64,000 nt of DNA from Mobula hypostoma (taxonomy: Eukaryota), in the NCBI RefSeq assembly GCF_963921235.1, contig NC_086114.1:35836001-35900000 (forward strand), given 5' to 3'. Below are positions 11,884 through 56,795 of the stretch, one piece after another. The stretch's first letter is position 1. Each line of letters begins with the position of its first letter. Made by a program: the position numbers and the translations under genes. The notes below the pieces were generated by a model. That model had not been told where the DNA came from. It searched no databases and saw only the letters and a program-made list of their open reading frames with translations.

Positions 11884-14800
11884 CTGGAAAGAGAATTTAA
11901 GTCAAAACTCAAGTCAATTTCCCCACTCCAATTTTTCTCACTCATCCAAAAAAAAAGTTGTTTTATATTCACCAACTTGAAATTAGTGCCAGTGCTTAAA
12001 GCTACATTTTCTGCATTCGATTCAAATAATCGCCCCCTTACTTAGTTCAGTCATCAGAACAGAACTCACAATCCTAGACTATACTATCTATTGACTCAAA
12101 TGTTTGACCACCTTACAATAATGTCTTCAACATGGAGTATAAGGAACTGTAATTTACAGAACAGGGAAATGTTAAATGTTTCACCACACTTCTACTTAAA
12201 AGAGTCTGTCTTGTAAAATGCAAGGAAGCTGCCATCTGTCAATGGATGAGTGAATAAGACAAAGATTAGGAGTTAGAACGGTCAGCATAGTAGTAATCCA
12301 GTTTGGATCCCAACATCGGATGCTGTCTGTGCAATCTGTGTACATTTACTACCATATCCAAACAATGTTCTTATCAGTTAATTGGTTAGAATAAATTATT
12401 GCTGTTGTATGTAAGTAGCAAAAGAATCAAAGGGGAGGTAACAGATGCGTGAAAGCATCCAAATCTTATATAAAAAATTAATTACAAGGGTCCCAATTCC
12501 GACTCCTGCGGCAACATCATTGGTTACTGGTCACCATTCCAAATAACAACCTTCGACCACCAGCCTCTGCTTGTAGCCTCCAAGGCAATTTTGAATCCAT
12601 CTAGCTATCTCTCCTTGAATTCCATGGGACCTAACTTTCCAAACCAGCCTATCATGCAGGACCTTGTCAAAGCTCTTGCTATAGTCCAAAGAGACAACAT
12701 GCACTGTCCTACCCTCATACAACTTTTTGATTACCTCTTCAAAGGACACTAAAACGTTCATCAAGTACAACTTCCGAAGGGCAGTCATGCTGACTCCTCC
12801 TAATTAGACTATCTATTCAAATGCTGGCAGAACAATATTAATCTCCTTTTAGCACTCAGGAATTTTACTAGTGAATCATTATGAAGCACATATCTTCCCA
12901 AAGGCCTCTGTAATTTCCTCTCTAGACTCCCACAAAGTCTAAGGATACACTCATTCAGATCCTAGAGATGTATCCACCTTAATGCACTCTCTGGCAATAT
13001 GACTGTCCTCCAAAATATTTCTATTTGTTTTCTTTATCTCATGGTGTTCTCATTAGTAAACAACAAGAAGAAATCCCATCCATTCCTGTGGCTCAAAACA
13101 TAGGCAGCCATGATAATCTCTCAGGAGACCCAACTTTCTCCCTAACCACTCTTCTAATATATTTAAAGAACTGCTTGCCATTTTCCTTAACCTTACTTGC
13201 CAGTTCTAGCTTATACCCTCGCTTTACTCTCCTGATTTTCCTCTCACGAGTATTCCTAATCTTTTTATACTATTCAAGAGATTGGCTCAATCTTGACTTC
13301 CTAAACCCAATATATGCTACCTCATTTTTCTTACAAAAGCATCAATATCTTTTGTCAGCTAAGATTCCCTAAACACTCCAGGTTTGCCCTTCACCCTAAC
13401 AGGAAAATGCTCTCCTGGACACTTAAAAACCTCCCATTTGCCATTTGTTCCTTTCCCTTCAAACAGGCACATTCAATTGGGCTCTGCCAGATCTAGTCTA
13501 ATTTTCCCAAAAGTAGCCCTGCTCCAGTTTAGGACTTAAATCTGTGGACCTGTCCTATTCTTTAATTCACTATCTTAAAACTAAGAATTACGATCACTAA
13601 AGCCAAACTTTCACTTCAGGTACTTGGCCATCCTTGTTCATTATTGCACCATCTCGAGCAGAGCCCTCTGTATACTGACTCAGGAAACTTACCTGAACAA
13701 TATACATATCCCCCTTACTAGGCCCTTAACAGTCCGGATAACTCAGTCAAACACGATTGCACATCTTTGATGGTTTATCTTCTGAATCAGATTGTTATTA
13801 CACTTATTACACAATTATTACACTTAAAAGGATTCTTGCATTGCTAATAATTAAACCTGACTAGTTCATTGAGCAATCAGAGTGCAGCAGATTCACAAAA
13901 GGCCTACGTTTGTTAAAAGAGAGATGCATATAATGAAACATTTGCAGCAATACAGAATAAATGGGTTCCGCTTCCTTGCCAGAGATCAGAAAGAAGCTTA
14001 TCATCAGAATCAGGTTTATTATCACTGGCATATGATGTGAAAATTTGTTAACTTCACCACTGATTCTTTCACTACTGGACCTACTGATTCTTTCTCACTT
14101 TTCCCCAAAACCTGCATTGCCATTACAATGCATCGGCTCTTCAACCATAATCTCATGTAAGCCAATTCACTCTAACGCACCTGCTCACACTTGACTTCTA
14201 CCACCTCATGTCCATTGGTCACAGCTCTGTTCCATTCATCTAAATTCTCCATCCTCGTCACACCTTTTACAACAGCACCTTCCCAACCATTGCCATCCTT
14301 TCTCCTTAAATGAAGAATCCCCCGGACCAATGTTGAAAGGGTCTTTGACCATACTCAATCAACTTCCCACATCCCCCTTGCTCCACTCCTTAAGCAAAAC
14401 AACAAGTTAGCATCTCCACAAACTTTACCATCAACCTAACCAGTCTCCATATAGAAAATAATCTCCAAGACCTTCAGCTGATGAAATACAAATTGCCCTT
14501 TCAGCATTCTAAGGAGAGTGCTTCCTCAGTGACATATGAACCACAATTCAAATCACTCCAAAAGCCAATGTCCCTTCCCAACCAAGCATAGAAAAATACA
14601 ACATTATTTTTTTTTAATCTCCCTCTTTAGAACCTCAAAAATCACCTTTCTGGTTAAATTATGTACTATTGTCTTCAAATGACATACACATTCTCAGCTC
14701 ACAAAGTAGTCATGTCTGCGCTAGGGAGCCCAATTGTGTTATCAATTTGAAGTACAGGTCCATAATTTCTACATGTTTAACCCAGTTTCTAATCACTGAT

Positions 14801-17800
14801 TTCAAACTTCCACCCCCCTCTCACTTTCACCTCTACTTATCCCCTGGATGCCCTTCTTTATTCTAATAAAGCTAAACTGAACAGATCTCTTTTTTTGTCA
14901 GTCCATGACCTCCTCTACCCTACTCAGATTGAAGGAGCAACACCTTATATTCCAACTGGGTAACCTCCAACCTGATGGCATGATCAATATCTCAACCTTC
15001 CGGTAATGGACCCCAGCCTCCTCACCATTCCAACTATCTCTCACCTTATCTCCTTGCCCACCCATCACCTCCCTCTGGTGCTCCTTCCCCTTCTCTTTCT
15101 TCCATGGCCTTCTGTCCCCTCTTAACAGATTCCCCCATCTCTAGCCCTTTTATCTTCACCTGCACCCCCCCCCCCCGTTTCACCTATCACCTACGACCTT
15201 GTATTTCTTCCTCCTCTCTCCATCTTCTTACTCTGACTTAGCTTTTTTCTCCAGGGTCTCAGCCCAGGAGTTCAACTGTCTACTTTTTTCCATAAATGCT
15301 GCCTGGCCTGTTGAGTTCCTCTAGCATTTTATGTGTGTTTCTCTTTTTTTGTCTGCATAGTTTGTTAGTGTATACCTTCAACAATGCTCAAGGATTAAAA
15401 TCAAACATTGGTTCCTATATTGATTTGACCATTTGAGGGTAAAGACTGCTATTTTTTTCCTTTCTTTCCTATGAGAATTCACTTTAACTTAATATAACTT
15501 TTGAATATTAATCCCCCCCCCCTTCCACCACAGGACAAACCTTCAATTTTCCTGAAAGAAGGGAGGACAATAAAGATAAAAGAGAAGAAAATTTACAGCA
15601 CAGATGGTACCATTTAGCTCATTAAGTTAGTACCAGTCTGAAAACTCTAGGTTTATGGTCCTACAGTTAAGAGCTTTTTGAATACATATCCAAATATTCT
15701 TTAAACCTGATAAAGCTTCCTTCTTTTAGCGTCTTTCAGGCAGTGAATTCCAGACTCCAGCCATTTGGGGGAAAAAAGATGCTAATTTCCCTCCTCCACT
15801 TCTGGTTCAAGTAGCTTCAAATTCCTGCACAGGATAGCAAGAGGCTGCAGGGTGTTGTTGACTCTCATGGGCACAACCCTCAATACCATTGTCATCATCT
15901 TTTCCACACATTAAACACCCTAGTTGCTGTGGTCTTTCATTGATTCTGTTATGGTTGTTATTGTTATAAATCTATGAACTTACTGAGTATGCCTGCAAGG
16001 AAATTAATCTCAAGGTTGTATATGATGACGTACATGTACTTCGATAATAAATTTACTTTGAACTTTGACACCTTTAAGAGTCAATGTCTTAAGGCAACAT
16101 CCGTCACTGAAAACCACCACCATCCGGGAAATGTCATCTTCTCGTAACTACCATCAGAGATGGTATAGGAGCCTAAAGATCCACACTCAACCATTCAGTA
16201 ACTGTTTATTACCCTCCATCATCAGATTTCTGACTGGCCCACGAACACTGCCTTGCTATTCCTTTCTCTTTTTTTCTCCACTATTTATTTTGTAATTTAT
16301 AATCATGTAAAAATTACTTTGAACTATAAAATAATATATTTCATGTCATACAAGACAGCGATGATAAACCTAATTCTGATTCTTCATGTCCAATCCTTCT
16401 ATTGATTACTTGAAATCTATTATTGGTTTCTGACCCATTGCTCTGCCCAAGAGAATTAGGGGCCTTTGTTTACTCCATTTAGGTTCTTTATATCCTGCCA
16501 CTATGCTTGAGTACATAGGAGCAGTGTCTTAAAATGATAAAATTAGATTATGAATGAGAGATTAACAAAGCACAACTTGCAGCAAGAACTTACCACTGGC
16601 TGGTATGAAGGAAATAATGTGCCAACGAAGAACATGAACAACATAAATCCTAGAAAGCCACTAAAATGTTTAACCATAGTAGTCCAGTCCACAGGACTTG
16701 GAGAGGTATCTACCCGATTCCGAATGAACATGTCAAAATCCCAGTGCATCTGGAAAAAGCAATAAGGAATAAATGTCAAGAGGTTTAAAACAGGACACCC
16801 AAAAAAAATCATACATCAGCCTCAAAATATTTAATATGAACATGTTCCAGTTGGATAGATAATACAGTTGAAGTCATATGTGCAATTCAGTTTAAATTGT
16901 ATGAACTCAATTAAAGGTTCTATCTAAACTGGGCAGGCTTTATGTCTTTCAACTTAATTATCAAGAGCAATTAGTGTACTGGGCAACATTCATTCCCCAG
17001 CCAAAAACTCAGTTGTTCAGACCTCTTGCATGTACATCTGGATACCTCCAAGGAAATATATATAAATGTAAATTGTTTTCCTTTTCCCTAAACATGTTCA
17101 GAATATTTAAATCAAGATCAGAAGTTTTTGGTCTCCACTGACACAGTATATGATCGCACGTACTTTGAAGATGAGCCACATGACCAGGAAAAAAAAATCC
17201 CACATTGAATTTCAATGTCAGGTATTAGATGCAAAAATAACAAGCATGTTTTCATACTCCCAACTGGTGTTGAATTAAGAGTTGCAAACTGCCAACCAGT
17301 CAAGGTTAACCATGAATTGGGCAGAAAGGAAAAGGAAAATCACATTTTTTGTAGGAAAGCAGGTTGAAGTGGGAGAAAGGGTTTCCAGAAATACAATATT
17401 TTATTCAAGAACTGAATGGCAATCAGCCATTTCTTCTGCTCACCGGTTCACCCCAATTTCTTCGCAGGTCAGGTTCATCCCAGGTATACCACGGATCTCG
17501 CTCTTGCTGTGACCTGTCTGGTAGTTTTGGGTAGTCACCATATCTATTAAGGGGAAAATAAACTTTCAACCTTACAATGAGGATTTCTGTCGGAAGCTTC
17601 AATAGTTACTACATGCTCTTGTTAAAATGTTCATGCATTGCAAGTTACAATACAGAAAAGAAATGAACACTAGTTTATTTTAAGAAAACATTGTCCAGCC
17701 CACATTATAACTGCTAATGTAAATGACATTACTTCTTTAAATTGTCATTTTAACCTTCTTTAAGTTTGTCCGCCAACTTTGTATTCAGCCTTGCACAACA

Positions 17801-20800
17801 ATATTCCCAACTTCACGTCTGCTATAGGCAAACAGGAAATCATATTAAAATTCTAATATTATGAGATTTATCTGATGTAATTAATGTTATTAAATTCGTA
17901 AATACTGTATCCCAAAGCCACTACAGTCATTCTATGCAAGCCAAAAGAATAGCAAGTTTTGCATAATTTTATATCTAAAGAATTAACTGATGTTGCAGCA
18001 TTAATAACAGACAATCACAGGTAACACCTTCCCCACCACTGAGCACATCTACATGGAGCATTGTCGCAGAAAAGCCTCACAATTTTGGTTTTTAATTTTT
18101 AGTTAATTGTTGACAGGTTTTGGAACTTTTCCGTTTGATTTGACATGATGAACACTGTTTTGTAGATTAGATCAAAAATCCTATTTCAATATATTTTAAA
18201 TTTAGAAAATGAGAGTAAAATGTGAAAATAGCTGTGGGGGCTGAATACTTCAAGGCACTGTATATTTTTTCTCACAAGTTTTAGGAGAGCAGATGCAAGA
18301 ATGGCGTGTCCTCTGACTGAGAAGTGGAGGAACAAGAGGCACAAACTGAGACAAGAAGAAATTTCTTCACCTCAGTGATAATGAAACTTTGGAATTTCCT
18401 ATTCAAGTCAACTGCGGAGGCTCAGTTCTGCACATATTGGAGATATACTTTTATTTTACCAATATCAGAAGTAATTGGAAAGGTGATGCAAACCAAAGAT
18501 TAACAACGATTATTTTTGGTGTCAGAGGGCCATGGACTGAATGGCCTACTCTTACTTCTATTTCTTATGTTTTATCTAATCTTTAATCAATATCTCTGGT
18601 CCTGGCAGCATTTTTATAAATTCCCTATGAATCTTCCCTAGAGAGGTTACAACCTTCCTATAGTGTGAAGGAACTATACACAGTAATCTAGCTGTGTCAA
18701 ATCCAGTGTTCTGTACATTTTTAGCCAGTCCCAACACCCACCCCTATACAATATATTAAGGATTACGTTCCTATAAAATAGCCATGTTACAATTTTCCAT
18801 AATGCAAAAATCAGACTATCTACACATGTGCCAAGAAACTCAAACAATTGTGTTGATTTATTTAGACATGAGAGAGACTGCAGATGCTGTAAATCTGAAG
18901 CAACACACAAAATGATGGAGAAACTCAGCACATCAGGCAGCATCTGTAGAGTGAAATGTTCAGTCACTTTTCAGGTCAAGACCCTTTCTCAGGACTGGGA
19001 AGAAAGAGGGGAGGTAGCCAGTATAAAAGGGTGGAGGGAGCCAATGGAGTGAGAAACTGGAGGGTAATAGGCGAATTCAGGTGAGAGGGGAGCTCAGGCA
19101 GGTGCGTGGAGGGGGGAGTCGGAAGCTGGAACATGATAGCTGGAGGTGACAAAGGGTGAAAGGATCATAAAACTAAAAACCCACAAGGGGCATCTATTTG
19201 TAGACCACAAGCAGCACTGGTAATGTAGGGCACAGTGGAAAATCAGGAAGTTTAGGATACATGTGATGAGCAAGAGAACTGGAAAAGCTTTGGAATTAGG
19301 AAGGAAAACTAAAACTTGAGGAAAGGAGAAGATACAAACAATTTATCAAGAAACACAAAACAGACTTCTGTAGATGTGAAGTGAGGCTAAAAGCAGAGTG
19401 TATTAACAGCCAAACAAGTACATGCGACTAAAATTAGTTAGAAACTGTTCGGCAACAGTCCCGTCCCAATTAAGCAACACAGTGTCCCAAATAATGAAGG
19501 AAATTCCAGCTACATGCTCAATTAGTTTTAGTTCTTTCAGAGTTGTACTAATTAAATGGCTGATCAATTAACTGATGGTCTAATTAACTGGAATCCTGAA
19601 AGCTATCTCAATAAACTGTGTTGAATCACCAAGACACTGGGGCTATGGATCAATAGCTGTTAAATGGGATTATTACAGTTAAGCACTTGACAGTCAGCAT
19701 AGATATGGAAGGCTGAAGGACCTATTTCTGGTCAGAGATTGATTCTTGAGATCATGTGTTTATCCAGAGGATAGATTAAGCACAGTGCTTTCTTGAGTTT
19801 AGAAGAATGAGGTGTGACCTCATTGTAAATATAAAAAAAAGATTAAGGTGCTTGGCAAAGCACATATAGGGATAATATTCTGGCCAAATGATCTCGGCCT
19901 GAAATGTCGACTGTATTTTTTTTCCCATAGATGCTGCCTGGCCTGTCGAGTTCCTCCAGCATTTTGTGTGTGTTGCTTGGAATTTCCAGCATCTGCAGAT
20001 TTTCTCTTGTTTTCCATGGCTGGGTTGTCTAACTGCAGGGTGCAATCGCACACTAGGATGTCAGCCATTCAGGACAGCTGAGAAAAAAAGATTGCCTTCC
20101 CAGAGGATAGTGAATGTCTGGAAATCTTTGTTCTCAATGGTGATGGGGCCATGATGGAGCAGGCTGAGTCTCTAACCCTTTGCAGACTCTTTCGATCCTC
20201 CATAGCAGGCGCTGATGCAACCAGTCAGAATGCTCTCCATGGTATGAGGCCTCCATTGGTCAGGAACGACCATGGATGTTGCGTTCTTACTGTCTGGATA
20301 GCAGTACGATATGGAGAGCAAGCTGTTGCCCATGTAGCAGGCTCTCCCTCTCCACGCAGATGAACGGGAGAGACCGATACAGTTTGGCACCAGCAGCGTC
20401 GCAGCAGTTGCCAGTCAGCATTGAACTCAACACAGATTGAACTCAACATAGAACTGCCTTAGGGACTGCAGTTCTGAATATCTCCTCCCCCCCCCCCCCG
20501 CGGTTTACTCCTAAAGCCTTCCCCATGAGTAGGTACAGTTGTAAGGCAGCAGAGGTTTGAAATTAGCATTTTCCTTCTCCTAGATGAGTTGCAAACCACG
20601 GCTGATGAGCCCATCTGCCTGAAGCGACTCATTTTAAGGCGCTAGTAACCTACCTTTGCTCCTTCTCCTGTCAGTAGAAATAGTTCCACTGGGCTTGATT
20701 GCTAAGCCACACATGAAAGCCAGGGGCTGGACTTGGTTGTCAGAGGCTACTTGTGGCACACGCCATTGGGAGCATTTCAAAGGTAGTGGGAGCATATCCC

Positions 20801-22891
20801 CATTACCACCCCTACACCCCACCTCTGGCTATGACAATCTTAAGGAACTAACGGTACATCCGTAGAAAATTGCTAGATTCTTTAGCAATATGCCAAAGAT
20901 GATGGTGTTGAATGCTGAGCTGCAACCAATAAGCAGCAGCCTGATGAAGGTGTTACTGTTGTCTGGTGGTCGAAGGCTGAGAGGATAACCAGTGAGATTG
21001 TGGAAAAGGCACAAGACAAAATAAATACCCTCCTCCTGAGACAATTTATAACAGCCCTACTTTCTGGTGTATGATATTAAATCTATTTTAGAGAGAGAGA
21101 AGCTCACCCCATTCCATCATCAGGATATGGCTCATAATCTTCCACTCTCATGTTGTATTTCTTTGCCGCTAATGCTCTTTCCTCTGGTGTTCTGGGATAT
21201 GGACCTGGCATCATGTCCTCCGAAACTCCAGAAGCTGTGAAACAAACCAAAACATAAAACATTTACGCTTCACCCTGATTTTTTTTTTAATGATTTCCCC
21301 TCTATCAGTTTGGAAGAAGATGAGGAGCAGAGCAGAAGACTTTAGACTTCCTGGTTCTGATCAGACAGACACTGATTTTGTCAGCACAACACATTTCTTC
21401 TCCCCCACTCCCCCCGGTACTTTCTCCACAAACTCCAAGATCTTAATGAACATGGTTCTATCTATAATTTTTTTTTAAAGTACAAATGTTTCTTTTTCTG
21501 ATCCTTTCCTCTGCCGTTTCTCTCAAATGCAAAGACTTAGAAACACACATACAGAAAATGCAATGGATGAAATGCATGGGACAGAGGAAGGAAAAGAAAT
21601 AAGAATGGAACTGTGGGACGCAAAATACTAGCAGAACAGGGGATGCCGAAGACAATCCACAGGCTTTACAACATCAATGTAGAGAGAAAAGTAGCACTAA
21701 TATCATAAGCTATCAATCTCTCATCAAAACTGTCAAGTTCTTACACACTGGACAGGCCTGCTACTTAAATTTTACCAATATGTTCTCAGGGCAGAGTTGC
21801 ACCAACTTCCTTAAATTTATGCCGGGCTTCAATGGCAAAATGGGAAATTTGAAGTAGCAGGCAAATGGAAGCACAAGGTCACTGTGGTCTGCATGCAGGT
21901 GGAGTTTGAGAATCTGCATTTGGTATTAAGACTGCTTTTATTACAACCAGCAAATGCATTGTCCCAAACTGGAAGTAAAAATTAAAAAGCTACTGCACCT
22001 GGAAGGTGGGAAGAGTTAAAAGGTCAGGTATTGCACCTCCTGGGGTTGCTCGGTAAAGTGCCATGAAAAGTGGAAAGGTCTGTGCGTTTCAAAGGAAATG
22101 ATTCCCAAATATGAATGAACTTCAAGAGGTTGAATGCAAGTTCTCAGGCGTTTCATCATACCCTCATCTGAGCCATAACCCCACCACACAATTATCTTCC
22201 AGTTATTGACCTGTATTTCCTCTGGCAGTCTTCCCTCCACACACTCTAGCCCTCTCCCCTCACCATCCACCTCTTCCCCAAGATCTACAATTAAGAATGT
22301 CCAGATTATATCAGCATGTTCTTCCAAGAATACATTCCTTCCTATGCAGACTTCATTTTTTTCTCTCTTCTTGTTCAGTCTCTTCCGAGCTACAACTGCG
22401 ACACCTCAAACGTCCTCCTCCACTTTGAGGGCACCAACCAGTTTATTCCCATTCCCCGGTCCAACGGAACGCCTTTTGTTTCTTCTTTGAAAGGACCAAA
22501 CACTCCCCCAGAATAGATGGGGAAGAATTGTGTTGTTGCTGCAGTTAGATAACCTACAAACTTTTCTTTGGCTTGGTTTTCAAAGTGTTTCCTGCTATTT
22601 GCCCTTACTTATAGCATCAAAAGCGAAAGCAACAGGCAGGTTACACTCAGGTCTGTCACAGGCAGGCACACCAATGTTTTGGTGGATGACCTTCCATTCG
22701 AACAGTCTGGGACTGAACCCTGGGCCTTATCCTCACCATCCCCAAGGTTAGTGTCACTAAACCACCATTGTCTTTACAAAAGATAAGGCGCAACTCTCAC
22801 CAGCCCGAGCAGAAGTCCAGCTCCCAACCGGTTTCAGGCTCTTTCTTATGCCCCCAGTAAGGGTCCGGATCCAAGCGTTGCTTAAGGCCAT
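11791..22891 (-). CDS. NDUFB8: NDUFB8, NADH:ubiquinone oxidoreductase subunit B8 (ASHI), complete joined CDS 567 nt, 188 aa
   Basis: Five GT-AG exons (91+127+100+156+93 nt) join in frame; motifs [63 protein letters not shown]. Confidence 0.98.
12480..13700 (-). mobile_element. CR1 LINE RT fragment
   Basis: [37 protein letters not shown]...QRLVVEG matches the CR1 RT D.SKAFDKV.H motif. Confidence 0.85.
14050..15340 (+). mobile_element. Degenerate Penelope-like element with 3' repeat
   Basis: [18 protein letters not shown] at ~14925-14985, pyrimidine-rich tail and terminal repeat. Confidence 0.65.
16594..16749 (-). CDS. NDUFB8: NDUFB8 exon 4 (transmembrane helix)
   Basis: [52 protein letters not shown]; ttccag| and |gtaagt. 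Confidence 0.97.
17444..17543 (-). CDS. NDUFB8: NDUFB8 exon 3
   Basis: [33 protein letters not shown]; taatag| and |gtgagc. Confidence 0.97.
21108..21234 (-). CDS. NDUFB8: NDUFB8 exon 2
   Basis: ttcacag|; [43 protein letters not shown]; donor gg|gtgagc. Confidence 0.97.
21950..22480 (+). mobile_element. Degenerate Penelope-like RT fragment
   Basis: Similar to 1-605 (attccttcctatgcag...ctccactttgagggcacc). Confidence 0.5.
22801..22891 (-). CDS. NDUFB8: NDUFB8 exon 1 (mitochondrial targeting peptide)
   Basis: [30 protein letters not shown], basic with no acidic residues; donor g|gtgaga. Confidence 0.9.
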
Positions 22892-54228
<31,337 letters not shown>

Positions 54229-55799
54229 AGTTTTTTAAAAAATCAACTCTTTCTGCGGACTGTTCACCGATGCTTTCCTCAAGTAAATGGCGCCAGAGAA
54301 AGACTAAGCATACCATACCGTGAGCATTGTGTGCCTGCACTTAAAGAAATGCAGAAACTCTTTTCCTATTAAAAATAGGCCGCCATCAATCATTGAGGTG
54401 AATTTTTGTATCTGCCATCCATGTGCCCGTTGGACTGAAGCCTCTGAAAATGGAACTCTATTGTCAGTTAATTGGCACATTTCCCCTGAAATGTTTAACA
54501 CTGAATGTGTATGTAGACCACTTTCCACCCATTTATAAAGGATTTAAGGTTATTTTCTTTAAACAATGAAGATCTTGTGCTCTTGCTGCTGGAGTAGTAA
54601 GAATGGACTAGGTGCTGTTAGTACACGGCATTTAAATATGAGGTTTATCACTGTAGGCCTCTATATTTGGATTTTTTAAATCACTGGTCTGGATTTCATA
54701 CCTTGTGATTGTGAAGAATTCAGTAACATGGTCAGGCCTTAAAATGCTTGATTTGAATTAATAACGTGATAACATTAAGTACTCTATAATTATAAAGTAC
54801 TGTTGTCACTTGGTGAAACAATATCAAAAAAAAATTCTTAATGTTTGTCATGGGACAAGGTCAGTGTTTTATGTACAACACTGCCTCTCCTAAAATGTGG
54901 GGCAAAGCATCAGGCCATGAAATGGTAAATGTGATGTCACAATCTTTAACATTGTCTGTTGCCTCAAACAAGCTCCATTGCTATTAGTCTGAGAGACTAT
55001 ACAATGGATAAGATCATTTTGGGTAATTTTGTTTGCACTTATATAATTTAACTTTTGGAGCACTCCAGTCCATTTGCCTTTATCCATCTATCTCTTATCC
55101 CCTACCTCCGTTTTATATGCTTTTCTCTCATTACCCAACTATCTCACTGTCTTCACCTTCCTCTCTTTGGGTTTGCACTCCCGCTGCCTGTCCTGCATTA
55201 TATCTTCCACCCTAGACATAGCTTATATAAATGTCTTCCATTTCAAACATTGATTTTCTACATAATATTAAAACCAATAATAACCTTAAACATACAGCAC
55301 CTTTGCTGATGACTCCTATAGTTTTAATATCCCTATGAATTCTCTTTAACGATATAACAGAACTTGCATGTCTTTCCTCTAGAACCTCTATATCTGCTTG
55401 CAATGTAACATTTTGATCTTTTTCCACCTGCTGGAAAGTTATCAACCTGAAATAGTTAACTTCTCTCTTTACAAGTACTGTGTGACCTGCGAAGTGTTTC
55501 CAGTGTTTTCTCTCTTTATTTTAGCTAATTTATTTTGCACCACTATGGCTGTTTCATATTGAGAAGTGAACTGGCTGTAAATTGATTAAAACTTCGGGAA
55601 ATCCATTTTACTTTCCAGTTGAACTATAATGAACTAAAAGCAAAACTCCATAAGTGCTGTGTCTGAACTAATAACAAACAAAAATTGGAAACAAAGTCAA
55701 TGAGCAACTGCTTTTTGGACACCCCAAAATATCCTTTGTTTTATTCTGATGTGGTAACCCAATTAGTTTTCATGTCTTTACACCTCTTAAGCTAATCCA

Positions 55800-56795
55800 T
55801 AAGACATAGGAGCAAAATTAGGCTATTCGGCCAATCGAGTCTGCTTTACCATTCCATCATGGCTGATTTATTATCTCTGTCAACGCAATTCTTCTGCCTT
55901 CATCCCTTAATCTTTGACAGCCTTATTAATCAGGAACCTATCAATGTCTGCTTAAATATATCCGATAACTTGGCTTCCACAGCCATCTCTGGCCATTGGT
56001 TCCACAGATTCACTCCTCTCTGGCTAAAGAAATTTCTCCTCATCTGTGTTCTAAAGAGATGTCCTTCTATTCTCAGGCTGTGACCTCTGATCTTTGACTC
56101 TCCCACTTTCGGAAACGTCCCTCTATGTCCACTTTATGTAGCTCTTTTAATATTTGATAGGTTTCAACGAAATTCTGCCCCACCCCCCATTCTTCAGTGA
56201 GTAGAAGCTCAGAGCTATTAAACATGCTGCATGTGTTAACCCTTTCATTCCTGGAATCATTCTCATAAACATCCTCTTGACCCTCTCCAATGCCAGCACA
56301 TCCTTCTTCTGGATAAGGGGCCCAAAACTGCTCTCAGTACTCCATTCAGTCTGACCAATGGCTTGATGCCTCAGCATTACATCCTTGCTTTTATCTTCTA
56401 GTCCTCTCATAATGAATACTAACATTGCATTTACCTTCTGTGCCAGCGACACAACCTGCAAGTTAACCTTTAGGGAATCCTGTGAACACTCCCAAATCCC
56501 TTTGCACCTCTGATTTCTGAATTTGCTCTCTGTTTAGAAAATAGGCTATGCTTATATTTCTTCTACCATACATTTCCCTGCACGATATTCTACCTGCCAC
56601 TTTTTTGCCCATTCTGCTAATCTATCTAAGTCCTTCTCCAGACTCCCGACTTCCTCCATGTTACCTGCCCTGCACCTTTATATCGTCTGCAAACTTGGAC
56701 ACAGAGCCGTCAATTCTATCATCCAAACCTTTAACAGATTAACGTGAAAGGAAGCAGTCCCAACATCAAACCCTGTGGAACACCACTAGTCACCG
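55800..56795 (-). mobile_element. CR1 LINE 3' ~1 kb
   Basis: KFADD (atcgtctgcaaactt), KKDVLALERVKRMFMRMIPGMKGL; CR1 tail at 55800-55870. Confidence 0.88.
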